Below are positions 8,725-17,515 of a stretch of DNA of 52,020 nucleotides, one piece after another. This stretch comes from a virus. Its lineage: Duplodnaviria; Caudoviricetes. Under the pieces are notes generated by a model, which made no database searches, was not told the DNA's origin, and worked only from the letters and a program-made list of their open reading frames with translations. Within the stretch, counting starts at the first letter, position 1. Every line of letters starts with the position of its first letter. The translations under genes were made by a program, and so were the position numbers. The stretch is from the IMG/VR virus record IMGVR_UViG_3300037706_000027, positions 1 to 52,020 of that record. One strand, 5' to 3'.

Positions 8725-10733
8725 TGGCTGACAGGTTCTCGATCTTTCGCAAGATCGTCCTTCTGTTCGATCGCTCCGCCGCGCGGAAAGCGGAGAGCGA
8801 GGCTCGGCAGTCGGTCGATAATGTCGATAAGGGGTTCAACAAGCTCGGCACCACGATCAAGAATCTCGCCAAGGCTGCGATTGGGCTGTTCGCGTTCGGC
8901 AAGGTCATTGATTTCTTTCGTGCATCTACCGAGGCGGCCAACCGTCTGGATGACGCCAACCGACGGCTTGCGGCTACCGCGAAGATCGCCGGGATCAATC
9001 TGGGATTTCTACAGAAGACGACACAGGACGCGAGCAACGCGTTCAAGCTGTCGCACGCGACTGCGGCAGAATTCACGATCGAGGTTTCCAAGCTCACCGC
9101 AAAAGCCGGGCAGATCGAAAAAACCGGCGATGCGCTCGGCGCGTTTCTTGATCTGGGCGCGGCTCGTGGTCTCGACGCCACGAGAACGCTGAAGGCCGTC
9201 CAGCAGTCCATCCTTGGGATTGACGAAGGCACGGACAAGCTGTTCGGCAAGAATCCCTCCGTGTTGTACAAAGAGTTTGCCGATTCCATAGGGTTGTTGC
9301 CGGGCGCGCTCACGGATGCGCAAAAGGCGCAGGCCATCCTGACGGCCGCACTCGAAGATGGCGGAAAAGTTCGCGGCGAATACCTGAAGTGGCTGTCCTC
9401 GACGAAGGGGCAGCAATTCCTGGCAGCGCAATCCGTCGATAAACTGCAAGAGACCTTTGGCAAGCTGCTGCAGCCCGCGCTCGCCGCCATCCTTCCGCTC
9501 GCGACCCGGTTCATTAACTGGGTGACACGAATGATCCTGCTGTTCCCGGTTCTGTCCGCGCGCATGGAGTTGTGGAGCGAGCAGGCTGGGACAGCGATCC
9601 AGATGTTCTTTGTCAACGTCGCGCGCAAGATCGGCGAATTCATTCTCGCAATCCGGAACGGCGGCGGCGTCATCGCGTCATGGTTCGGTTTCGACACCAC
9701 GATGGCCGACAGCAATGCGATCACGCGCTGGGCGGACCGTGTCGAAGCCAATGCCATCGCTCGCATCGACAAGCTGAAGGCTCGGCTGGAGAAGGCGCGT
9801 CAGGGGCTAGATGTCTTCGATGCCAATGTCGAGGGCGCTCTTCTGACTGACACAGTCACGCCGGCCGCCGATAACAAGGCCGCCGAGGATGCAGCCAAGA
9901 AACGCCGTCAGTTACTGATCGAGGCTGCGGAACTCCGTAAGCTGTCGAAGGCCGAGGAAGACGAAATTCTTGCGCTCGAGCGGTCGATCATCGACGAACT
10001 GAACCGCGGGAATCTCTCGCTGGAAAGGCGCGTCGAACTCGCGAAGGAATTGCAGAAGGTAACAAGGGCCGCGAACATCGTCCGTGCCGATCGCGCCGAC
10101 ATACCCACGCCGACGCCGACACTGGCCCGCCCCTCGATTACACCCTTCACGCCGGGCGACATTCTAGCCAGACAGGCGGCGAAGTCCGATCAGCTTCGCC
10201 AGCACGAGCTGGACAAGAACGAGGCGTATTGGGACGAGATCGCGAACCAGGCGGAGCGCGCCGCCCAGCGCTGGTCCAATGCGTTTGAGGGCCTCTTCCA
10301 AGCGATGATGGACGGTTCCCGCGGCGTCGGGGCTTACATCATCGGCCAGTTGCTGCAAGGCTTCGCGCAATACCTCGAGGTCAAGGCCGCAGCCGCGTTC
10401 GCAGAGGGTATCTGGCCACCGAATCCCGCGCTGATCGCCAAAGGAATCGCCCTGAGCGCCGCTGCAGGCCTTGCCCGCGCACTGGAGGGTCAGATTGGCC
10501 GTGGCGGCGGTGGCGGATCTCGCGCCTCGATACCGGCATCCACCGGTTCGACAGCGATTCCATCGACCGGAGCAGCAGAGCCACGCAGCGAGATCAACAT
10601 CCATTTCGTCGGCAAGGGATGGCCGGCCCACGATGTGGACTTCCAGCGCGCGGTTGGCTCGGCGGTCGAGATCATCCGCGAAACGCATGGCGAAGGCTTC
10701 CAATACATCATCCATCCGTCACGGTCCCGATGA
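8724..10733 (+). CDS. Tape measure protein
   Basis: 669 aa Ala-rich helical protein with hydrophobic segments, following the chaperones. Confidence 0.9.
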   Translation: MADRFSIFRKIVLLFDRSAARKAESEARQSVDNVDKGFNKLGTTIKNLAKAAIGLFAFGKVIDFFRASTEAANRLDDANRRLAATAKIAGINLGFLQKTTQDASNAFKLSHATAAEFTIEVSKLTAKAGQIEKTGDALGAFLDLGAARGLDATRTLKAVQQSILGIDEGTDKLFGKNPSVLYKEFADSIGLLPGALTDAQKAQAILTAALEDGGKVRGEYLKWLSSTKGQQFLAAQSVDKLQETFGKLLQPALAAILPLATRFINWVTRMILLFPVLSARMELWSEQAGTAIQMFFVNVARKIGEFILAIRNGGGVIASWFGFDTTMADSNAITRWADRVEANAIARIDKLKARLEKARQGLDVFDANVEGALLTDTVTPAADNKAAEDAAKKRRQLLIEAAELRKLSKAEEDEILALERSIIDELNRGNLSLERRVELAKELQKVTRAANIVRADRADIPTPTPTLARPSITPFTPGDILARQAAKSDQLRQHELDKNEAYWDEIANQAERAAQRWSNAFEGLFQAMMDGSRGVGAYIIGQLLQGFAQYLEVKAAAAFAEGIWPPNPALIAKGIALSAAAGLARALEGQIGRGGGGGSRASIPASTGSTAIPSTGAAEPRSEINIHFVGKGWPAHDVDFQRAVGSAVEIIRETHGEGFQYIIHPSRSR

Positions 10734-11170
10734 ACCTGCCCCGCAAGCCGCGCTTCGAATTCGACTCGGGACCAACGGTTTTCGTCCCATCGATCCCGCA
10801 GCGCCACTGGACTCCGATCGAGCAGGAGATCGGCAGCGCAGAAATTAGCGCGACCGGAATCGGCGCGTCGTACATCGTCCGCGAGGACTACCTGCTCGAA
10901 ACCATCGTCCGGTATCTCGATGACGAATGGCCTTCACTCTCCGCCATGATCCGGTACGCCAAGCGCTGGCCCAACACCGTGACGTTATTCCCCGACTCGG
11001 ACGACCTGTCGACGTTTTTCGAGATGCAGCTATGGACCCCGCGCGCTGGCGAAAGCGAAGTCAGGGGCACGCGCGATCGGGAATATGACGAGGCGTGGGA
11101 GATCACGCTCGTGTGGCGACGGATCGATGGGCTGCCATGGGATATCGCCTACCAGCCCACTGGTGGATAG
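10730..11170 (+). CDS. Distal tail (Dit-like) protein
   Basis: 146 aa directly after tape measure; ATGA overlap. Confidence 0.55.
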   Translation: MNLPRKPRFEFDSGPTVFVPSIPQRHWTPIEQEIGSAEISATGIGASYIVREDYLLETIVRYLDDEWPSLSAMIRYAKRWPNTVTLFPDSDDLSTFFEMQLWTPRAGESEVRGTRDREYDEAWEITLVWRRIDGLPWDIAYQPTGG

Positions 11171-11173
11171 GTC

Positions 11174-13696
11174 ATGCCCTACACGACGTTCGACGAACCG
11201 GGCGATCTGATTGCGGGATTTCGCGCGGATACCATTACAGGCCTGAGTGACGGTGATCCGGTCGCGACGTGGCCAGATACTGAGTCCGGATCTTCGCGCG
11301 ATGCCACGCAGGGCACGGGAGCCGCACAGCCGACCTACAAGATTGTCAATGGGATCCCGATGGTCCGGTTGGATGGTGGCGACCACATGCTCGCGCACGC
11401 CGTCGCTACCGCAATGGCAGCGGAGACAAGTTGCACGATCTTCGTGGTCTCCCGGAACACGGGCGGTGGCATTGGCGACGTCCTCGGATTCAACGACTCG
11501 CCGAGCTTCCTGAATCAGGCTCGGCTGGGCTACAGGATCGGCCAGGATACGCCGGGGGGCACATCGCTGCCGCGATCATTCTGGATTGAACCCACCGTCA
11601 ACGTATATGCCCATTACGACGTTACTGAGTTCACGCTGCTGACTGCCCGCCACGACAATAACACCATGATCGGAACACTCCGGGTCAATGGCACGCAGCG
11701 GGATTCTCTTTCGGCCACTCTTCCGTACTCCGCCTTTGACTATTTCATAATTGGTGCTGATGTTGACTCCGGTCCGGCGTTCGATGAGAACCTGACCGGT
11801 GACATTCAGGCCATATTCATTTTCGGGCGAGTCTTCAATGACACGGAATGCAGTGACTACGAAGACCTCATCCGCTCTACGTACGCGGACGCTGCGTTGC
11901 CCGACTCGATTACACTCAGCGGCTTCGCGGCATCGTCCAGTTCTGTAACGGTTGGCGTCCAGACCGACGCGACATTTACATCGCTACTGTTTGAGGCGTC
12001 CACGCTGTCCAACTTCCTATCAGTTGCGGGGTCAGTCACGATTCCAGATCCTGCGACGGACGGCTATAGCGGCACCATTACCGGGCTCTCGGCCAACACG
12101 AAGTACTACATCCGCGTGATTGTCACGACCGCATCGAATGAGATCGAGGGCGGTCCGATCGAGATCACAACGCTCAAAGCCGGTGGCTCGTCCAGTTCCG
12201 GCCAGCAGGCAATGGTGTTCACCGCGCCGTTGCCTCTGGAACTGGTCACGGGCTCCACGTACAGCGTGGCATGGGCGACGTCGCTTCCCGCAGGGACCGT
12301 CTTCGACCTGGACATCTCGGACGATCTTGGAACGACGTTTTCTGACGAATACTCCGGGACCACACCCGGACATACTTTCGATTCGGCGGCTTTGGCCGAT
12401 GGCTACTATGTCTTCCGTTTGCAGGCCGTCGGACAGGAACGGCGCGTCCTGTTCCTGATCAATAATTCGGGCACGTTCGACGATGACATAAACTCCGATC
12501 GGCCGTCTAGTGGCAGCGACTTCGATATAAAGTTTCCTGCTCGCATCTGGCAAACGACGCCCGGTGCCATTCAGGGATTCATTCCGCCGTCATCGTATGC
12601 GTGGCAGTTCGTTCTCGGCTACGGCGGTGGCCTTGGCACTTCGTCGTTCGATAGCAGGCTCTACATACCATCCGGGATGCTCAATGCGGCGGCCAGCGGG
12701 ATCTTCGCCGCTGGCGAGTTCGGGTTCGGCAGCATGGAGGGCGGACAGCAGTGGTCCAGACAATACGATTCCGAAGGTTGGCGATTTGGTGTCGGCGTCT
12801 TCGCACGTGGTACAAATTCGGGGGGCGATTCTCATGGCATCAGCGCAGAAATCAGGACTTCGGTTACTTGGCCTGGCTTAACAGTTGATCCCTGTGAAGA
12901 TCCGAACTACGGATCCACTCTTGCATCCTTCGTCTTGAGCTACTATCCGCCACCAGGCACCGTCGTCGCGCCACAGGCTCTGAACATTTCGGGCGGTCCG
13001 TTGGCGCGTCCGCTGTTCTCGCTGAACCGATGCTACACGAGCACCCCCCCTACCGTTGACGTGTTTTGTGAAGTGGTGAAGGTCAGCGGATCGACAGTTC
13101 ACATTCGCGCCGGTTGCGATGGCGAGATCCTGTACGACGATGACTTCAATACCTCCGTAGAATTTGACTGCGGATTCGCGGGTCCATTCATCGGAAAGAT
13201 CGCTGGGAACTCTACGGGGGGAGGATTCGCATACGTTGGGTCTTTCCATTCGCAGATTCTGGAGGATACGTGCGATTCTCCACCGGAACCACCTGAACCA
13301 CCGGATGAACCGCCGGATGTTCCGCTGGAGCCGCCAGCCCCGAGTCGCCCCTGCGTGGTGCTCGTTGAAGTCTTCGAACATGATCGCCTAACGGTGGCAT
13401 GGCACGTGACGGACGACCCTCTCGACCCTGCCGATGTGCGGCTGCTGATGCCGCTCATGAGCGGCGGCTACGGCGAGCAGACGCTGGATCCCATCAACGG
13501 GCGGGCATCGATCACGCAATTGACCATCGAGGTGAACGATCCGCCGACGATACCGGGAGACCAGGACTCGGGCATCGTGACGGGAAGGCTGGCCGACCTA
13601 CTGCAACTGTCTGCCATCAACGGCAGGCGCGTTCGCGTGCGGCGCTTCATCAACGCCGAAGATGGCTGGATAACGATCTGTGACGGGCCCGCATGA
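11174..13696 (+). CDS. Minor tail protein with LamG/ConA-like and FN3-like domains, Pro linker and hub-like C-terminus
   Basis: DPVATWPDTESG...LRVNGTQ...LTGDIQAIFIFGRVF (LamG-like); ITGLSANTKYYIRV (FN3); PPEPPEPPDEPP linker. Confidence 0.7.
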   Translation: MPYTTFDEPGDLIAGFRADTITGLSDGDPVATWPDTESGSSRDATQGTGAAQPTYKIVNGIPMVRLDGGDHMLAHAVATAMAAETSCTIFVVSRNTGGGIGDVLGFNDSPSFLNQARLGYRIGQDTPGGTSLPRSFWIEPTVNVYAHYDVTEFTLLTARHDNNTMIGTLRVNGTQRDSLSATLPYSAFDYFIIGADVDSGPAFDENLTGDIQAIFIFGRVFNDTECSDYEDLIRSTYADAALPDSITLSGFAASSSSVTVGVQTDATFTSLLFEASTLSNFLSVAGSVTIPDPATDGYSGTITGLSANTKYYIRVIVTTASNEIEGGPIEITTLKAGGSSSSGQQAMVFTAPLPLELVTGSTYSVAWATSLPAGTVFDLDISDDLGTTFSDEYSGTTPGHTFDSAALADGYYVFRLQAVGQERRVLFLINNSGTFDDDINSDRPSSGSDFDIKFPARIWQTTPGAIQGFIPPSSYAWQFVLGYGGGLGTSSFDSRLYIPSGMLNAAASGIFAAGEFGFGSMEGGQQWSRQYDSEGWRFGVGVFARGTNSGGDSHGISAEIRTSVTWPGLTVDPCEDPNYGSTLASFVLSYYPPPGTVVAPQALNISGGPLARPLFSLNRCYTSTPPTVDVFCEVVKVSGSTVHIRAGCDGEILYDDDFNTSVEFDCGFAGPFIGKIAGNSTGGGFAYVGSFHSQILEDTCDSPPEPPEPPDEPPDVPLEPPAPSRPCVVLVEVFEHDRLTVAWHVTDDPLDPADVRLLMPLMSGGYGEQTLDPINGRASITQLTIEVNDPPTIPGDQDSGIVTGRLADLLQLSAINGRRVRVRRFINAEDGWITICDGPA

Positions 13697-15537
13697 CCCC
13701 CGTCCGCATGGGGAGTTTCGCCAAGTACGCAATCGAGATCCGCGACTCTCGCGAGATCGAGCGTAGACTGACCGCGTTTGATACTGCCGACTTTCCGTCA
13801 ACAACTTGTGTATTCCCCTCCGGAACATCGATCACGTACGGCGATGCACGCTTCGCAGACTTCCCTGTGGTGCTGCAATTCGCGCAGGGCGGACGGGATG
13901 GCCCGCTACTGCTAGATACCCGGTCCAATCGAACCGGCCCGATCCGGTACGTAAACCTGATCGAGCACTGGAACAACCTGCCGCCGATCGGCGCCAATGC
14001 TCCGGTCCAGTTCGCGATCACGGCGGACATGGCGAAGGTGTTCACGCCGGTGACGACATGGAGCGCACCATCGTTCTTTGCGCACACTTGGCCGAACATC
14101 CTGATCCAATGGCGCATCACGCCGAGCGATCCGTGGACGTCGATTACCCACCTACAAGTCCATACGGTGACACCGGACTTTGATATTGTGCATCGGTCTG
14201 GGGCCGATGTCGATTATGTGGATGTGAACGGCGAAACGAAGCAGGCCCAGGCCGTACCGTGCATTCGCCGCGTTTATTTCGGGAGCCTTGTAAACAGCGA
14301 ATTGCCGCCGATTACTACGCCCCGGATTTACGTCCGCATCCTGTACCGTGGCCCCGCAACGGAGTACTGGCCCTTCCACTATGAGGGCCCGGCGGGCGTG
14401 TTCAAACAGAACCTGTACGACGGGGTGTATTCACGCCGCGACGTAAACGGGAACCTTCGCCCCACCGGCATCCGCTACAATCCAGATGCGCTCGCAGCCA
14501 TGACGGACCCGTTGCTCGCCCGCATTGTCGAGCCGATCGATGACATTCGCGCGTTCACCGAAACCGACATCGCCAAGCCTCTGGGCTACGTCGATCGCAT
14601 GGACCGGGATCTCCGCATTTCGCCCACGTCGATTCATCTGCCTGACTCGCAGGCGCGCGCATCGCTAACTGTTATAGACGACGCGATCACGGTCCCTGAG
14701 CCCGCGCAGTGGAGCGGTGGCGATCGGTTCGTCAACATCGTCCGCATGAAGTATCAACGCCTCTGGTCGCTCATCTCCGGACCCGACCCATTCAGTCCTG
14801 GCCATTCCGGCGACGCCATCCGGACGTTCGATGTGACACACGAGTTCCGCGCGCAGGAGTCCGTGGACGCGAACGGGGAGGAGGAATGGAGTTCCGAGCC
14901 GTCGACGTTGCATTCCATCGGATTCGGTGTGACGCAGTCGTCGGTTATGTCGGTGGACGATGAGATTGGCTTCCTCGCCGTCGAGAAAGCCGCAAGCGTT
15001 CTGCTGCCCCGTTACGCCTGGGGTGCGCCCGTGATCGGCGTTCCGGTGTTCCGTTGCGAGACTAGGCTATTGCAGGCGGGCGACTTCGTGATAACCCGGC
15101 TGTCCTGGATTCCCGATTACTTCAAGCTGCGTCGCGGACTTGAGAATTACGGGATGGTGATAGCGATCCGCGACCTCGATTGTTCGTTGCGTTTCGCCAT
15201 GATCGAGATCGCCGAGACGCCGACGATTGCGAGCGGTGGGTCCATATCGGGCGGAGGCGCGGTCAGCGGCGGCACCATTACGGTCGTCCCGTCTTCCGGC
15301 GTTGTGCAGGGCGGTGGCGCCATCTCGGGCGGCACGATCATCGACGATCAGATTGCGGGAGGAACAATCGCGGCCGGCGGCGCGATCACGAGCGGCGTGT
15401 TCGTCTCGAATCTCGCGGGCGGCGAAGTGCAGGGCGGTGGCGCGGTGAGCGGTGGCGAGTTCGGGGACTTCATTCCGCCAGAGGTTGGGTTCCTGCCCGG
15501 ATACTTCCCCTATGGCTTCGGCCTCTACGGAGAGTGA
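13693..15537 (+). CDS. Baseplate hub / tail tip protein with Gly-rich C-terminal repeats
   Basis: 614 aa in tail module; LQAGDFVIT pattern; four GGxxxGGGAxSGG-like repeats. Confidence 0.6.
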   Translation: MTPVRMGSFAKYAIEIRDSREIERRLTAFDTADFPSTTCVFPSGTSITYGDARFADFPVVLQFAQGGRDGPLLLDTRSNRTGPIRYVNLIEHWNNLPPIGANAPVQFAITADMAKVFTPVTTWSAPSFFAHTWPNILIQWRITPSDPWTSITHLQVHTVTPDFDIVHRSGADVDYVDVNGETKQAQAVPCIRRVYFGSLVNSELPPITTPRIYVRILYRGPATEYWPFHYEGPAGVFKQNLYDGVYSRRDVNGNLRPTGIRYNPDALAAMTDPLLARIVEPIDDIRAFTETDIAKPLGYVDRMDRDLRISPTSIHLPDSQARASLTVIDDAITVPEPAQWSGGDRFVNIVRMKYQRLWSLISGPDPFSPGHSGDAIRTFDVTHEFRAQESVDANGEEEWSSEPSTLHSIGFGVTQSSVMSVDDEIGFLAVEKAASVLLPRYAWGAPVIGVPVFRCETRLLQAGDFVITRLSWIPDYFKLRRGLENYGMVIAIRDLDCSLRFAMIEIAETPTIASGGSISGGGAVSGGTITVVPSSGVVQGGGAISGGTIIDDQIAGGTIAAGGAITSGVFVSNLAGGEVQGGGAVSGGEFGDFIPPEVGFLPGYFPYGFGLYGE

Positions 15538-15541
15538 GACA

Positions 15542-15760
15542 ATGCCTCAATATCGCTTTAGCTGGACGCTGGCGAGCGGCGAGACGTACACGCGTACGTT
15601 CAACCATCCTGCGCCGGAACCGCCGTACTCGTCTGTCGTCAGCTTCGGGCTGAATGCTGGCGGCCCGGCCACACTGTTCGGGCGCTTGCGGCGCGCCCTT
15701 GATCACTCGGCCCGGACACTCGGTTCGGAGCCTTACGGTTACGCACGCCACGGAGAATAA
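15542..15760 (+). CDS. Hypothetical protein (tail module)
   Basis: 72 aa, fills the gap between tail genes. Confidence 0.45.
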   Translation: MPQYRFSWTLASGETYTRTFNHPAPEPPYSSVVSFGLNAGGPATLFGRLRRALDHSARTLGSEPYGYARHGE

Positions 15761-15762
15761 CA

Positions 15763-16545
15763 ATGGCAAACGAGGCACGGATCCGCGCATTCATGCTCCC
15801 GGTTCTCACACTGGACGCGGATTACGATCCCGGCTCGGACACGTCGATCAGCGCGCCGGAACTGGCGGACTGGCCGGAAGTCACAGCGACGGCGCATCTG
15901 CCGGTCTGGATCAACCGTGATGGTGACGGTGGGAACGATCCGTATCTCCGCTACATCACTGCGCACACGCTGTCGGCCACCACGGCAACGATCGGAGCGG
16001 CGCCGGAAAACATCGTGACGCCGTATGCAGTGAGCGCGGGGGTTGCAGCGAACCACGGGCACACGCCCCGAGACTTTCCGGGCCCGTGGGTGAAGGTCAC
16101 GAACGCGGCGAACCTGGACTATTCGCTGAGTACGTGGGGCGACCTTTCGGCCAGCCTCGACGTTGTGCTCGATCCGGTTTACGAGGGCGACTTCGTCGAA
16201 ATAGCATGGGACTTCAGTTGGAACAACGACGCTGCGAATGCGTTCTTCGACGTGCATTCTCGAAACGGCGCGGCGTCAAGGGTGTGGAGTATCGACGCTG
16301 CGGAGAACGCATCGGGACAGGGACTTCAGGGCGCGTGGGGGCCGCCGGGTACGTATGCCGCGAGTAACGGCAGGTGGGGGCGTGCGGTGCTGGCCACGGA
16401 ACTGAGCAGCGGCACCCTGACGCTCCGGGGGCGGCGACGGAACGCTACCGCCGTCCTCAGCCGAATCAATGGCAGCGCCAATCTGCTGTTCATGTTGAAG
16501 GCGCGGAACACGGGGCCGGTGCCCGAAGAGCCGGCGTTCGTGTAA
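15763..16545 (+). CDS. Putative minor tail / fibre protein
   Basis: GGAGA RBS; beta-rich 260 aa protein. Confidence 0.55.
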   Translation: MANEARIRAFMLPVLTLDADYDPGSDTSISAPELADWPEVTATAHLPVWINRDGDGGNDPYLRYITAHTLSATTATIGAAPENIVTPYAVSAGVAANHGHTPRDFPGPWVKVTNAANLDYSLSTWGDLSASLDVVLDPVYEGDFVEIAWDFSWNNDAANAFFDVHSRNGAASRVWSIDAAENASGQGLQGAWGPPGTYAASNGRWGRAVLATELSSGTLTLRGRRRNATAVLSRINGSANLLFMLKARNTGPVPEEPAFV

Positions 16546-16583
16546 CCGACAACCATCACGCCTTTTCGAGGGAGACAACGACC

Positions 16584-17183
16584 ATGTGGAACGACGGCGC
16601 AATCGGCGTGATGCTGGACGCGATCGCAGCGGACATCACGCATCTCGCGTTACACGACGGATACCCCGGAACCAACTTCGCGAACGAGAAATCGGGCGGA
16701 TCACCAGCGTACGCACGCGAGACCGTGACATGGCCCGCGTATGTCTCGGGGCGAACCCTGCCGGCGCAGACGGTTCCGTCGGTGTTTGACATAACCGGGG
16801 CGGTATCGTGGGTTACAGGCGCCACGGACGAGAGCACATCCACCGGCCAGCGATTCGCGCACCCGCTAGACGGCATACCAAAGGAATTCGATGTTGATCC
16901 GACGACGGATATCTTCCTGATCCCCGCACACGGCTACTCAAACGGGCAACTGATCGTGCCCTACGGGTCCAGCGTTGCGGGCGGGCTCACGGCGGGCGTT
17001 AACATCTACGTCCGCGATGCGACCACAGACACATTCAAGGTCGAGGCTTCGATCGGCGGCGGCGCGATCGACATCACGAGTAGGCCGTCAACACAGGGCG
17101 CGCTCATCTCCAAGATCACGATATATGATGCGAGTCAGCGCCAGTTCACTGTGAATGGACTCGTCCTCGCGCTCCAAATGTAA
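16584..17183 (+). CDS. Putative virion structural protein
   Basis: ITHLALHDG..NEKSGGSPAYAR and HGYSNGQ..TTDTFKV patterns seen in phage tail-region proteins; GGGAG RBS. Confidence 0.65.
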   Translation: MWNDGAIGVMLDAIAADITHLALHDGYPGTNFANEKSGGSPAYARETVTWPAYVSGRTLPAQTVPSVFDITGAVSWVTGATDESTSTGQRFAHPLDGIPKEFDVDPTTDIFLIPAHGYSNGQLIVPYGSSVAGGLTAGVNIYVRDATTDTFKVEASIGGGAIDITSRPSTQGALISKITIYDASQRQFTVNGLVLALQM

Positions 17184-17185
17184 AC

Positions 17186-17515
17186 ATGAACGGCAAAGGG
17201 AAAGGCAAGGGAAAGAAGATGAAGCCAGTAATCAATGGTTACTCACTGGACAAGGGCAGCTATCTGCCGGGCGATTCCATCGTCATCACGGTTGACGCCG
17301 TGAGCCCGGACGAGCTCGCGGTCGTGGGAAACATCAAGGTCGTCAACAAGCGGGGAGAGGAATCGGACATGGTGCCGTTCACGGTGCCGGTCCGCGATCC
17401 GCTGACGGCGAGCGCAGCCGATGAAGATGGCAACCCGCTGCCGTTCACGCCGGATGCGAACAACGGACTGATTCTGCGCGGCACGATTCCGAGCGGCACG
17501 GCGCCGACTCCGTGA
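17186..17515 (+). CDS. Small Ig-like virion protein (alternative start 17219)
   Basis: LDKGSYLPGDSIVITV beta-sandwich-like pattern. Confidence 0.55.
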   Translation: MNGKGKGKGKKMKPVINGYSLDKGSYLPGDSIVITVDAVSPDELAVVGNIKVVNKRGEESDMVPFTVPVRDPLTASAADEDGNPLPFTPDANNGLILRGTIPSGTAPTP

